From Candidatus Nanopelagicales bacterium (GTDB lineage Bacteria > Actinomycetota > Actinomycetes > JAHEKZ01): a stretch of DNA of 52,769 nt. The DNA lies in the NCBI GenBank assembly GCA_038316135.1, contig JBBQAL010000004.1:1-52769 (forward strand). The letters run 5' to 3'. Positions 26,338 through 36,600 of the stretch are shown here, piece after piece (position 1 is the stretch's first letter; every line of letters begins with the position of its first letter). The translations under genes were made by a program, and so were the position numbers. The notes under the pieces are model-generated. The model was not told the origin of the DNA. It saw nothing but the letters and a program-made list of their open reading frames with translations, and ran no database searches.

Positions 26338-27806
26338 GATGAGCCCCACTGCGGAGTGAGGGGTCGAAAGCCGGAGTCGCTGAGCCGCGGCACCACCGGG
26401 TCGGGGTGGCCTTCGTGTCGATCTCGTTCGTTCCGCCACAGCAAGGCAACCGAGATCATCAGCAGCGACAGTGTCGAACTGATTCCGACGTAGACGAAAA
26501 TATAGAAGAGCTGGACCAGCACGATGGTGTGTGCCGCAAGTCCGATCGGTGTGACATCACGCCGGAATCGCCAAAGGATTCCCACGAAGAAGCCCATGAA
26601 GGCCACGAGCCCAACCACTCCCTGCGAGTAGAGGACGTTCCAGGCGTGACCGGTACTTCCGATGGTGCGGTTACCGCATCGGGGGCATTCAGGTGTCGCG
26701 CCGATCGCAATCGACTCATCGCTGCCTACGGTCTCTCGCGTGCTCCCGTACCCGATCAACGGTGAGCTGAGCGCTCCAGCGATCGAGGCTTGGGCGAGTG
26801 AGCTGCGTACTTGGTTGCTGTTGCCGGCGTCAGCTCGACTCGTCACTACTGTGCCGAGCGGAGTAACAGCGAGTACCAGCAGGCCTACCGCCGCGACCGC
26901 CAGAAGTGCACCGATCAGCCATGGGCGACCAGCGAGCGCAAGACGCAGGACCGCGTAACAAGTGGCGAGGGCCAAGCCGAGCCAGAGCCCGCGGTTGAGC
27001 GAGTAGACGATGGGAACGACTGCGACGCCAAGGGCGGCGATGCCCCAGAGTCGACGCTTGGCGGTTCCGTAGATGATCCAGCCGATGATGAACCAGATGA
27101 TGAGGATCGAGAGGTTGTTTCCCCATGCATTCGTGAACTCGAAAGGGGCGTTGGGGCGTGGGTCGCCGGTGCCGATGACGTCCTGGATCTGCGCGACCTG
27201 CGGGTGAACCATGGTCAGGATGCCCCGCGGCACTCCGTTGAAGACCAGCCCGAGAGCCAGCTCGACCGGTGACTTCCAGGCCAGCGTTGGCAGGGCCAGG
27301 CCGACGTAACCACCGACCAGCGTCATGATGAAAAGAATGCCGAGCCACCGCACGATGCGAAGCCTGGGAACATCCCGTTCGGACAGGTTGCCGACATAGA
27401 GCAGCACAACCGTCGCGCCGAGGTACTGCAAGGTGCGCAGCACGTAGGCGTCCAGCCCCTGGGCGAACGTTGTCGGCAGTGTGTCGGGTGCGTTCACGCC
27501 AAGGACGATGGCGCCGATCATCGACCAGGCGACGAAGAGCAGCCAGAGCCCGAACCAAGGTGGCACCTCGATGTGCCTGCGGCCCTTGAGCTCCCACGCC
27601 ATCGGAATGGCCGCAAGGGGAAAGACCAAAGCCCCGAGCCCGAGCGCCCACCACAGCGGGTAGCCGACGAGTGCGGCCATGAGCGGCCACCCCGCGGGCC
27701 ATCTGGCCGGATTCCACCAGGCGATGGCTGTCGCCGGGATGGCGTCAACCGACGGCTCGGGTTGTGTCGTCCACCGGGGCGTCAGAGGAACTGAAGTCGA
27801 TGACAT
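26334..27806 (-). CDS. wzy: Wzy polymerase / O-antigen ligase family membrane protein
   Basis: Many TM helices; RPNAPFEFTNAWG, YSLNRGLW, periplasmic loop with R...GYG, and HAWNVLYSQGVVGL (Wzy_C pattern). Confidence 0.75.
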   Translation of the reverse strand: MSSTSVPLTPRWTTQPEPSVDAIPATAIAWWNPARWPAGWPLMAALVGYPLWWALGLGALVFPLAAIPMAWELKGRRHIEVPPWFGLWLLFVAWSMIGAIVLGVNAPDTLPTTFAQGLDAYVLRTLQYLGATVVLLYVGNLSERDVPRLRIVRWLGILFIMTLVGGYVGLALPTLAWKSPVELALGLVFNGVPRGILTMVHPQVAQIQDVIGTGDPRPNAPFEFTNAWGNNLSILIIWFIIGWIIYGTAKRRLWGIAALGVAVVPIVYSLNRGLWLGLALATCYAVLRLALAGRPWLIGALLAVAAVGLLVLAVTPLGTVVTSRADAGNSNQVRSSLAQASIAGALSSPLIGYGSTRETVGSDESIAIGATPECPRCGNRTIGSTGHAWNVLYSQGVVGLVAFMGFFVGILWRFRRDVTPIGLAAHTIVLVQLFYIFVYVGISSTLSLLMISVALLWRNERDRHEGHPDPVVPRLSDSGFRPLTPQWGSS

Positions 27807-27808
27807 CG

Positions 27809-29383
27809 TCAGCGCGTCTGTGCCGTGCTCACCGGTGAGCTGCCTGAGTCCTTGGCCGGGTCCTTGGCTGGGTCCTTGGTTGGATTCTGTGTCGACTGTG
27901 AGGCGATAGCCCGGGGCGGCGCTGAGTCAGGGGGCCCGAACGCGGGAACGGTGACAGCACCTGGGACGGTGGTTCCGACCAGGTTCCACTGTCGGACACC
28001 GTTCTCGACGGAGTCGCGAACCGTTCGGCCGATCTCGATCACTGGAAGCGCTGCTCGGGCATGGCGACCGAACAGCTGGGCGTCAGCCGCAACGTCGTTG
28101 GGCCGTGACCGAATCAGCAAGAAGTGGGTCTGTCCGGCGAGCGTCTCCAGCACAGGGGTGATGCCGCTGCCCTCGAGGTCCTCGATCTCGGAGTCGAGTC
28201 CGTGCCCGGCCGCAAGAAGGAACAGGCCCTGGAGGTCGGGAACGCGGTGGGCAGCGCGATCCACCGTCAGTCGCCCGCGGAGGACTTCGGTGAGGCCGTC
28301 TGTGGCCGGCATGCCGAAGAGGTCGGCGATCTGCGACGACTCGTCGGCGACCAGGAGCGTGGTGCTGTACCCGGCACGTGCAAGGGCGACGGCCAGGTTC
28401 GCAGCGACGACGTCGGCGCCGTAACCCTCGCTCGGTGAGGCAATCACGAGGGTTGCCGGTTCGTCACCGAGGCCACTGAGGATGGCATTGCGTACTCGAC
28501 CAAAGGCCTCGGCCCCGGGCGAGTGCGGCTCGAAGAGTGGGGCTGGGCTTTCGGCTGTTCCCGGCACATCGGCCAAGACAGCAAGGCCAAGCCTGCGCTC
28601 AACGGTGCGCCAGTCGTAGCACCGGCCGTCGCGTCGCTCCAGTAGCAGGAGGCTCATCAGGCCAACGAGGAGCCCGAAGGCGAGCCCGCTGGTCAGGACG
28701 AGTCCGGCGTTGGGGCTGGCGGGACGCTTGGGCAGCAGCGAGTCGCTGATCACCTTTCCGGGGTCGACCCTGGTGCCGTCGACGGAAGCCTTCCTGGTGT
28801 TGAGAGTCTGAAGAGCGGTCTCAAGTCCAGTCCGCTCGTCGGCCGTTGCGCTCGGAAGCTGAGACGCCAGCTCGGAGATCTGCTGGTTGAGCGCTCGGGA
28901 CTGCTCAGCAAGCAGATCTTCAGCGGTCTCGCGCCGGTTGCTGAGGTAGCCGTCGGCATAGGCAGCAGCTCCGATCTGAGCAGCTTCTGCGGAGCCGGCG
29001 GAGAAGCTGATCCGCAGGACGTTGGTGTTCGGGGGGACATCCACCGACACGTTCTGTACGAGCTGTCCGACGATCTCCGGCGTCTGCAGATTCACCTTGG
29101 CACGAGAAGAGACGGCCTGGGAGGTCACGATCTGGGCTTCGGTGTCGAGGTTGACCCCCGAGTTGGTCCTGGCGTTGTCGACGGCGCTGTCGAACTCGAC
29201 ACCGATGGGGTTGACGAGAACCGACGACGTCGACACGTAGGTCTTCGGTGCGACCAACAAGAACGCCGCAGCCAGGCCAAGCCCGAGCAACGCACCGAGA
29301 GCGACGACCCACCACCGGCGTCGGAAGGCTCCCGCGTACTCACCCAGGGTGGCGCCCCCGTGCTGACCACTGTCCTGTTCCAC
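27809..29383 (-). CDS. Polysaccharide co-polymerase (Wzz/CpsC plus degenerate BY-kinase/CpsD domain)
   Basis: N-terminal RRRWWVV TM, TYVSTSSVLV, coiled region, proline-rich LPKRPASPN before TM2, then EAFGRVRN and a P-loop-like fold. RBS AAGGGGAG before GTG 29383. Confidence 0.82.
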   Translation of the reverse strand: MEQDSGQHGGATLGEYAGAFRRRWWVVALGALLGLGLAAAFLLVAPKTYVSTSSVLVNPIGVEFDSAVDNARTNSGVNLDTEAQIVTSQAVSSRAKVNLQTPEIVGQLVQNVSVDVPPNTNVLRISFSAGSAEAAQIGAAAYADGYLSNRRETAEDLLAEQSRALNQQISELASQLPSATADERTGLETALQTLNTRKASVDGTRVDPGKVISDSLLPKRPASPNAGLVLTSGLAFGLLVGLMSLLLLERRDGRCYDWRTVERRLGLAVLADVPGTAESPAPLFEPHSPGAEAFGRVRNAILSGLGDEPATLVIASPSEGYGADVVAANLAVALARAGYSTTLLVADESSQIADLFGMPATDGLTEVLRGRLTVDRAAHRVPDLQGLFLLAAGHGLDSEIEDLEGSGITPVLETLAGQTHFLLIRSRPNDVAADAQLFGRHARAALPVIEIGRTVRDSVENGVRQWNLVGTTVPGAVTVPAFGPPDSAPPRAIASQSTQNPTKDPAKDPAKDSGSSPVSTAQTR

Positions 29384-29482
29384 GTTTCTCCCCTTGCCGA
29401 GTCGGTACCGGAAGGTTACGGGTGCCACGGTGCCGCTCGTGCCTGGCCGACGGTGGATTCACCCAGGTGGTCGCCGGACTGA

Positions 29483-29508
29483 TGACTCTCAGTAGTCACA
29501 AAGTGACT
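29483..29508. promoter_or_regulatory. Overlapping palindromes in the divergent promoter region of the polysaccharide locus
   Basis: AGTCAC-AAA-GTGACT (29494-29508) overlaps TGACT-N6-AGTCA (29483-29498). Confidence 0.4.
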
Positions 29509-29647
29509 GTCAGCACGGATACATCGGCCGATGGTTCCCTTTCTGCCTCCCAGCCTTCCGTTGACGGCGAACACCCTCTGTAATGGACCCGATGCTGGCG
29601 TCGGGTGCGCCGCAATGTGGAGCAGGACCAATGTGGGGGGTAGCACG

Positions 29648-32602
29648 GTGATCGGTCGAGGACGCTGCGTGGCAGCGACGGTAGCTCTCGTCACTTTGGT
29701 TGGGGGGCTCCTTGGCCCGGTCAGCGCCGCTGGCGCGGCTCCGGCCGACCAGCAGTTGGCGAGCGCCAACCCAGAGAACGACACCCCGCGGGTCCTCGAC
29801 GGTCGGGTGCAGGCCATCACCCGCATCGGCGACACGGTCGTTGTGGGCGGGACATTCACTCAGGTCCAGGAGGCCGCACCGAACTCGCCCATCCTGCCCC
29901 GTACCGGGCTCTTCGCCTTCGACGCGAACACCGGTGCTGTGAGCAACGCCTTCAACCCTCAGCTGGGTGCCAAAGCGGGTTCGATCCCTGGCGTCGATGC
30001 TCTCGCGGTCGCCCCCGGTGCGCAGGCGGTCTATGTCGGTGGCGACTACCGCACCATCAACGGCAGTGGTCCGGCCCGCCTTCAGGCTGTGAAGCTCTCG
30101 GACGGAACGCGGCTGGCCAGCTTTGCGAATCCAGTCTTCAACAGTCGGGTCTACGACCTGAAAGTGGTGGGCGACCGGCTTTACGTTGCCGGGTCGTTTA
30201 CGTTGGCGGGATCTGCCGAACGTAAGGGACTGGCGACACTTGACGCCACAACGGGCGTTTTGACGACAGCAGTTTCGCTGCCGTTTACCGGGACAGCGGC
30301 TGGAGTGGGTGTCACCACGGTGCGCAAGATCGAGCTCACACCAACCGGTGACCGTCTTGTTGCCATTGGAAACTTCAACGCTGTTGGCGGCACTGCGCGC
30401 ATGCAGATCGCCATGCTCAATACTTCGGGTGCTTCGGCCACCCTCGATAGCTGGGACACGGCGCGCTTCGGCGGTGCTAACTGCAGTGCCTACTTCGACA
30501 CCTACATGCGCGACGTCGACGTATCTCCTGACGGCTCATTCTTCGTGGTGGTCACGACGGGAGGCTGGGGTGGCGACGCGACGAAGCTCTGCGACAGCGC
30601 CTCGCGATGGGAGACGTACGGCGGCGGCGCTCAGCAGCCAACGTGGGTCAACTACACCGGCGGCGACACGTTCTGGGCCCTTGAGATCACCGGACCGGTT
30701 GCTTACGTGGGCGGCCACTTCCGCTGGATGAACAACCTACTGACCAGGGACGGCAAGTCGGCCGGCCCCGGCGCCGTCGATCGTCCGGGGTTGGCGGCGC
30801 TCGACACCCGCAACGGGCTGCCCTTCTCGTGGAATCCAACGCGCACCCGCGGTGTCGGCGTCTTCGATTTCAACGTCACTCCCACTGAGCTGTGGGCCGG
30901 GTCCGACACAGCAATCTGGGCGGGGGAGCGGCGCGACCGGCTCGCTGCCTTCCCATGGGATGGCGGGCTGCCACTGCCGAACGACAAGCAGGGGTCGCTT
31001 CCAGGCGACGTCGTTCAGCTCGATGCCGACACCGTCAGCGGCATCGATGCGACGTCGCGATACCTCTCGGGTACCTCGAGCCCTGCAACGGCTGCCCTGG
31101 CGACCGGGGGCGTTGACTGGTCCAAGCTTCGCGGTGCGTTCATGGTGAACAACACCCTGTACACCGGCTGGAGCGATGGCACGCTTAAGCAGCAGTCCTT
31201 CGATGGCAACGTCTTCGGGCCGCAGTCGAACGTGCCGCTGTACGGCAACCAGCTCAGCAGTGACCTCACCGCCACCAGCGGGCGGGTCACCAGCATGTTC
31301 TACGACAAGCGCACCGGCCGCCTCTACTACACCCGTGCCAACACCACCAAGCCAAACGGGCAAAGCAACTCAGATGGTGGACTGGTCTATCGGTACTTCA
31401 CCCCTGAGTCCGGGATCGTTGGTGCCGAACGTTTCGCCGGGCTCATGCCAGCTTCACGCGTGGCGATCGACGCCGGGAATGTGCGTGGGACGTTCCTGGT
31501 CGGCGACATCCTGTACTACGTGACCTCAGCGGGCGCGATGCGCAGTGTCCCCTTCTCCACCGTTGGTGCATTCGGCACCACCCAGTCGGTGAACAGCGCC
31601 ATCAACTGGGCCGCCAAAGGGCTCTTCCTGTCGACGCAGCCGTCGATCCAGGCTCCCAACGCGGCACCGACCGCTGCCTTTACCCAGACCTGTGTGGGGC
31701 TCTCCTGCTCGTTCGACGCAACGTCGTCGACAGACGGAGACGGCACGGTTGCCTCGTACTCATGGAACTTTGGTGACGGTTCGGCCACCGAGAACGGGGC
31801 CAAACCAGACCACGTATTCCCGGCCGGCGGCAGCTTCCCGGTCACCCTCACTGTGACCGATAACGACGGTGCCACCGGTGATGTCATCGCCAACGCTGTG
31901 GTGGCCCCGATCGCTAGCACCGTTGCGTTCCGCGACGCCGCCAAGTACGAGGGCAAGCAGCTGCGGGTGCATGAGTGGCAGCTTCCCGGGTCGATCCAGG
32001 AGGGTGACACGATCGTGATGGCGGTGTCAGGACACCGGGCGGCCGACCCAGGCTCGGTCCTCGACACTGACCAGCTAGCGCTTGCCGGTTGGAGTGAAGT
32101 GGCCGCTGTCTCCGACATCGACAACCCGACGGTGATCTACACGAAGACAGCAACGGCGCAAGACGCCGGCCGCACCGTATCGGTGCAGTGGGTGGACGGC
32201 ACCGGTGCCAGCATCTCCGTGCGAACCATAGCCAGCATGGCTGTCTACTCAGGTGTCGCGGCGGTGTCGCCCGTGGAGTCAGGCATCGAAGGGTCCACAA
32301 CCAACGTCTTCGCGCACACTGCGCCCAATGTCACCGTTCCTGGTGATGGTGACTGGGTTGTCACGTATTGGTCAGACCTCTCGGGCAGCACGACTTCCTG
32401 GGCTCCGCCGGCAGGTCAGGTGGAGCGGGTGGACGGCACGTCGTTCGTCGATCCTGCGACGCCGACCACGGTACGAGTCTCCGGTTTGCTGACCGACGAC
32501 GGTGCGCCGACCCTTGCCGGCGTGCGAGCCGGGCTCACTGCGACCGCCTCCGGCAAGTCGACATCGGCGACGATGGCCTCGATCGTGCTGCAGTCGCAGT
32601 AG
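29648..32602 (+). CDS. Large secreted protein: beta-propeller-like repeats, PKD domain and C-terminal beta domain
   Basis: Signal peptide; repeated VVVGGTF / VYVGGDY / LYVAGSF / AYVGGHF blades; PKD NAAPTAAF...SFDATSSTDGDGTVASYSWNFGDG...HVF...VTLTVTDNDG. Start uncertain (GTG 29648 chosen). Confidence 0.8.
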   Translation: MIGRGRCVAATVALVTLVGGLLGPVSAAGAAPADQQLASANPENDTPRVLDGRVQAITRIGDTVVVGGTFTQVQEAAPNSPILPRTGLFAFDANTGAVSNAFNPQLGAKAGSIPGVDALAVAPGAQAVYVGGDYRTINGSGPARLQAVKLSDGTRLASFANPVFNSRVYDLKVVGDRLYVAGSFTLAGSAERKGLATLDATTGVLTTAVSLPFTGTAAGVGVTTVRKIELTPTGDRLVAIGNFNAVGGTARMQIAMLNTSGASATLDSWDTARFGGANCSAYFDTYMRDVDVSPDGSFFVVVTTGGWGGDATKLCDSASRWETYGGGAQQPTWVNYTGGDTFWALEITGPVAYVGGHFRWMNNLLTRDGKSAGPGAVDRPGLAALDTRNGLPFSWNPTRTRGVGVFDFNVTPTELWAGSDTAIWAGERRDRLAAFPWDGGLPLPNDKQGSLPGDVVQLDADTVSGIDATSRYLSGTSSPATAALATGGVDWSKLRGAFMVNNTLYTGWSDGTLKQQSFDGNVFGPQSNVPLYGNQLSSDLTATSGRVTSMFYDKRTGRLYYTRANTTKPNGQSNSDGGLVYRYFTPESGIVGAERFAGLMPASRVAIDAGNVRGTFLVGDILYYVTSAGAMRSVPFSTVGAFGTTQSVNSAINWAAKGLFLSTQPSIQAPNAAPTAAFTQTCVGLSCSFDATSSTDGDGTVASYSWNFGDGSATENGAKPDHVFPAGGSFPVTLTVTDNDGATGDVIANAVVAPIASTVAFRDAAKYEGKQLRVHEWQLPGSIQEGDTIVMAVSGHRAADPGSVLDTDQLALAGWSEVAAVSDIDNPTVIYTKTATAQDAGRTVSVQWVDGTGASISVRTIASMAVYSGVAAVSPVESGIEGSTTNVFAHTAPNVTVPGDGDWVVTYWSDLSGSTTSWAPPAGQVERVDGTSFVDPATPTTVRVSGLLTDDGAPTLAGVRAGLTATASGKSTSATMASIVLQSQ

Positions 32603-32611
32603 GGATCTGTC

Positions 32612-33592
32612 ATGACCGTCGTCTACCACATCGAGACACACCGGAACCCTCGACAGATCGAGAGTCTGGTTCGGGCCATCGTCCGAGGTGCGCCTGACGC
32701 GCTTGTGGTCGTCGACCATGACCGATCCTTCGATGCGCCCGATCCCGGAACCCTTGCTCGCCTTGGGGCCGAGCTGCGGCTCTCCGACGGTGGCTACGGC
32801 GACATGACACACGTCGATCGTTGGCTGACCACCGCACGATGGCTTCGGGCCGAAGGGATCGAGTACAGCTATTTGACCAACCTCACCGGGCAGGACTACC
32901 CGGTGCGTCCGGTGGCGCAGATCCACGCCGACCTCGCCGGGTCTGGCGTCGACGCGTACATCCAGACGTTCGCGGTACTGGATCCGGACGAGACCAAGTG
33001 GGGAGTGGCGCGTGGTCGCACGCGCTATGAGTATCGGCACCGCCGACTCGGCCGACTCCGTCCTTGGCAACAGCGTGCCCTGCGTCCGGTGCAGATCGTG
33101 AACGCGGTACAGCCTTGGGTACGAGTCACCACCTCGGTCGGTCTCGCCCTGGGACGACGAGAGCGGGCGCCTTGGGGCGATGACCTCGTCCTGCGGGGCG
33201 GCTCCTTCTTCTGCACCCTCTCTCGGTCTGCCGTTGACGCGGTGCTGCGCTTCGACAACTTCCGGCCCGACGTCGCGGACTACCTTTCGGGGTCGATCGC
33301 ACCGGACGAGGTCTACTTGCAGACCGCCCTCGGCTGGGCGGTCGATCACGACCCCAAGGCCAGCAGCCTGGTCGTGGAAAACGACTGTCGTCGTTACTTC
33401 GACTTCTCCGAGAGCACCTTCAATCATCCACGGACGTTTACCAGCGACGACTTGCCAACGGTGCTCGGCAGTGGCGCCGACTTCGCTCGTAAGTTTGATG
33501 AGGCGTGCTACCCCGGCGTCCTGGAGGTTGTCGACCGGAGCCTCGACGAGGTCGAGGTGGCGATGCCACGCTCGGTCGAACTGGCCAGCTAG
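32612..33592 (+). CDS. GT14 family glycosyltransferase (core-2/I-branching beta-1,6-GlcNAc transferase-like)
   Basis: YHIETH, NLTGQDYPVRP, GSFFCTLSR, PDEVYLQT, FARKFD; 9 bp after the PKD gene. Confidence 0.8.
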   Translation: MTVVYHIETHRNPRQIESLVRAIVRGAPDALVVVDHDRSFDAPDPGTLARLGAELRLSDGGYGDMTHVDRWLTTARWLRAEGIEYSYLTNLTGQDYPVRPVAQIHADLAGSGVDAYIQTFAVLDPDETKWGVARGRTRYEYRHRRLGRLRPWQQRALRPVQIVNAVQPWVRVTTSVGLALGRRERAPWGDDLVLRGGSFFCTLSRSAVDAVLRFDNFRPDVADYLSGSIAPDEVYLQTALGWAVDHDPKASSLVVENDCRRYFDFSESTFNHPRTFTSDDLPTVLGSGADFARKFDEACYPGVLEVVDRSLDEVEVAMPRSVELAS

Positions 33593-33660
33593 GCCGCCAC
33601 TAGTCTAGGAGCCCCGGTGCTTTCGGCCCCGGGCTCTCGACGCGTGGGGGTGCAGGGTCA

Positions 33661-36600
33661 ATGTCGCTGGCTGGACTCATGTCCCTCGTTGCCGCCGACC
33701 CTTCCATTGCCGAGGCGTTGCAGGAAGGCGGAGCTGGAACACTCGTCGTTCCCCCGGCCGCGACCGCCCCCACCATTGCGGCATTGGCGTCGGGGGTTGT
33801 CGGCCGCCCCCGACCGGTATTGGCGGTCACGGCCACCACGCGTGAGGCCGACGACATGGTCGCAGCGCTTGGCTCGATGCTCGACCCGGCCACCGTCGCG
33901 GACTTTCCGTCATGGGAGACGCTGCCGCACGAACGCTTGTCACCGAGGTCAGACACTGTTGGCCGTCGCATCGCGGTGCTGCGCCGCCTCGCACACCCCG
34001 ACAGTGACGACCCCGGAGCTGGCCCGTTATCGGTGCTTGTCGCCCCGGTTCGTGCCTTGCTTCAGCCCTTCGCCGTTGGGCTCGGCGACATCGAGCCGGT
34101 GCGGTTGCAGGTCGATGACGAGATCGATGTTGCTGCCACGGTCGCCCAACTCGTAGAAGGCGGCTACGTCCGCGCCGATATCGTCGAACGCCGCGGCGAG
34201 TTCGCCGTGCGGGGCGGTATCCTCGACATCTTCCCCGCGGTCGAGGAGCACCCGCTCCGAGTTGAGCTCTGGGCAGACACGGTCGAGGAGATCCGCTGGT
34301 TCAAAGCAGCCGACCAGAGGAGCCTGGAGATCGCCCCGCACGGAGTTTGGGCGCCTCCGACTCGCGAGCTGCCGCTGACCGCTGAGGTGCGTGCGAGGGC
34401 TGCCGCCTTGCTCCCCATGCATCCAGGGCTCGCCGATGTGTTGACCCAGCTCGCTGAGGGCATTGCCGTCGAAGGGATGGAGTCACTGTCACCGGTGCTC
34501 ACCGATGGGATGCAGCTCCTAGTCGACGTCGTGCCAGCGCAGACGGCCGTTGTCGTCGTCGATCCGGAGCGGGTAAGGGCGCGCAGTATCGAGCTGCACC
34601 GCACCAGTGAGGAGTTCCTGGCTGCGTCATGGGCGAATGCAGCGGCCGGCAACGTCACGCCCATCGACCTGGGGGCGGCGTCCTACCGCGAGCTGAACGA
34701 CCTTGAGGACGCAGCGCAGCAACGTTCGCTGCGCTGGTTGGGCGTCGGCCCATTCGGCTCGCTGGATGAGGACGCAGTCCCATCATCGCTGCGTCCTTCT
34801 GAGGAGTACCACGGTGACACCGCCCGTGCCGTCGGGGCTATCGCTGCTGCCGCGAAAGATGCATGGCGCGTCATCTTGGTCACGGCTGGGCACGGACCAG
34901 CTGAGCGGTTTGCCGAGCGACTGCGCGAGGAGGATGTCGCCGCTGATGTCGTTCCTGAGATAGACGTCACGCGTTCACCGTCAGTCGTGCAGTTGACGAC
35001 CGGCGTGATGGATCACGGGGTGGTCAGTGAGCAGCTAAAGCTGCTCGTACTTACCGAGACAGACCTGGTCGGACAGCGGTCATCGACCAAGGACATGCGG
35101 CGGATGCCTTCGCGGCGGCGGGCGGTGGTCGACCCCCTTCAGCTGTCACTGGGCGATTTCATCGTGCACGAGCAGCATGGTGTCGGCAGGTATGTGGAGA
35201 TGACCAGCCGCGAGGTACAGGGAGCAACGCGCGAGTACCTCGTGATCGAGTACGCGCCTGCCCGAAGGGGACAACCAGCTGACCGGCTCTTCGTACCTAC
35301 TGACCAGCTTGACCTGGTCACCCGTTATGTGGGCGGCGAGGCTCCATCGCTGCATCGACTTGGTGGTGCTGAGTGGGCGAAGACCAAGGGACGCGCCCGC
35401 AAGGCGGTGAAGGAGATCGCTGCAGAACTTGTCCGGCTCTATTCAGCCAGACAGGCAGCGCCGGGACACGCGTTTGGCCCGGACACGCCTTGGCAGCGCG
35501 AGCTCGAGGATGCCTTTCCCTACGTCGAAACGCCCGACCAGATGGCGTGTATCGATGAGGTCAAGAACGACATGGAGCAGCCGGTCCCGATGGATCGTTT
35601 GGTCTGCGGCGATGTCGGCTACGGCAAGACCGAGATCGCGGTACGAGCAGCCTTCAAGGCCGTACAGGACGGCAAGCAGGTGGCTGTGCTCGTGCCAACC
35701 ACCCTCTTGGTGCAACAGCACACGAATACGTTCGCCGAACGCTTCGGCGCATTTCCGGTGACTGTGCGCGCGCTTTCCCGCTTCCAGTCCGACAAAGAGG
35801 CGAAGGCCGTCCTGGACGGCCTCGCCGATGGAAGCGTCGACGTCGTCATCGGCACGCACCGGCTCCTGCAGGCTACCGCTCGGTTCAAGGACCTCGGGCT
35901 GGTGATCGTCGACGAGGAGCAGCGCTTCGGGGTTGAGCACAAAGAGCATCTGAAGGCACTGCGCACCCACGTCGACGTCCTCACGCTCTCAGCCACCCCG
36001 ATCCCGCGCACGTTGGAGATGGCGCTGGGCGGTATTCGTGAGATGTCGACGATCTTGACACCGCCGGAGGAACGGCACCCAGTTCTCACCTTCGTCGGTG
36101 CCTATGACGAGAAGCAGATCGGAGCGGCGGTGCGGAGAGAACTCCTCCGCGAAGGGCAGGTGTTCTACATCCACAATCGGGTGGAGTCGATCGAGCGTGC
36201 TGCCGCACGAATCCGAGACCTGGTGCCCGAGGCCAGAGTCGAAGTAGCCCATGGCCAGATGGGCGAGGACGCTCTTGAGCAGATCATCGTGGACTTCTGG
36301 GAGAAACGCTTCGACGTTCTGGTCTGCACCACCATCGTTGAGTCAGGGCTCGACATCAGCAATGCAAACACTCTCATCGTTGAGCGCGGTGACATGTTGG
36401 GACTGGCGCAGCTTCATCAGCTCCGAGGGCGCGTGGGCCGGGGTCGAGACCGGGGCTACTCGTACTTCCTCTACCCGCAGGAGAAGCCGCTCACTGAGTC
36501 GGCCCACGATCGACTGGCGACCATCGCTCAACACACCGACCTCGGTTCCGGAATGGCGGTGGCCATGAAGGATCTGGAGATCCGCGGGGCCGGCAACGTC

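Noticed and set aside
27849-27884. 12-bp x3 repeat TCCTTGG(C/T)(C/T)GG(G/A)
   Set aside because: In-frame low-complexity tail (KDPA repeats) of the co-polymerase; length changes would not shift the frame.
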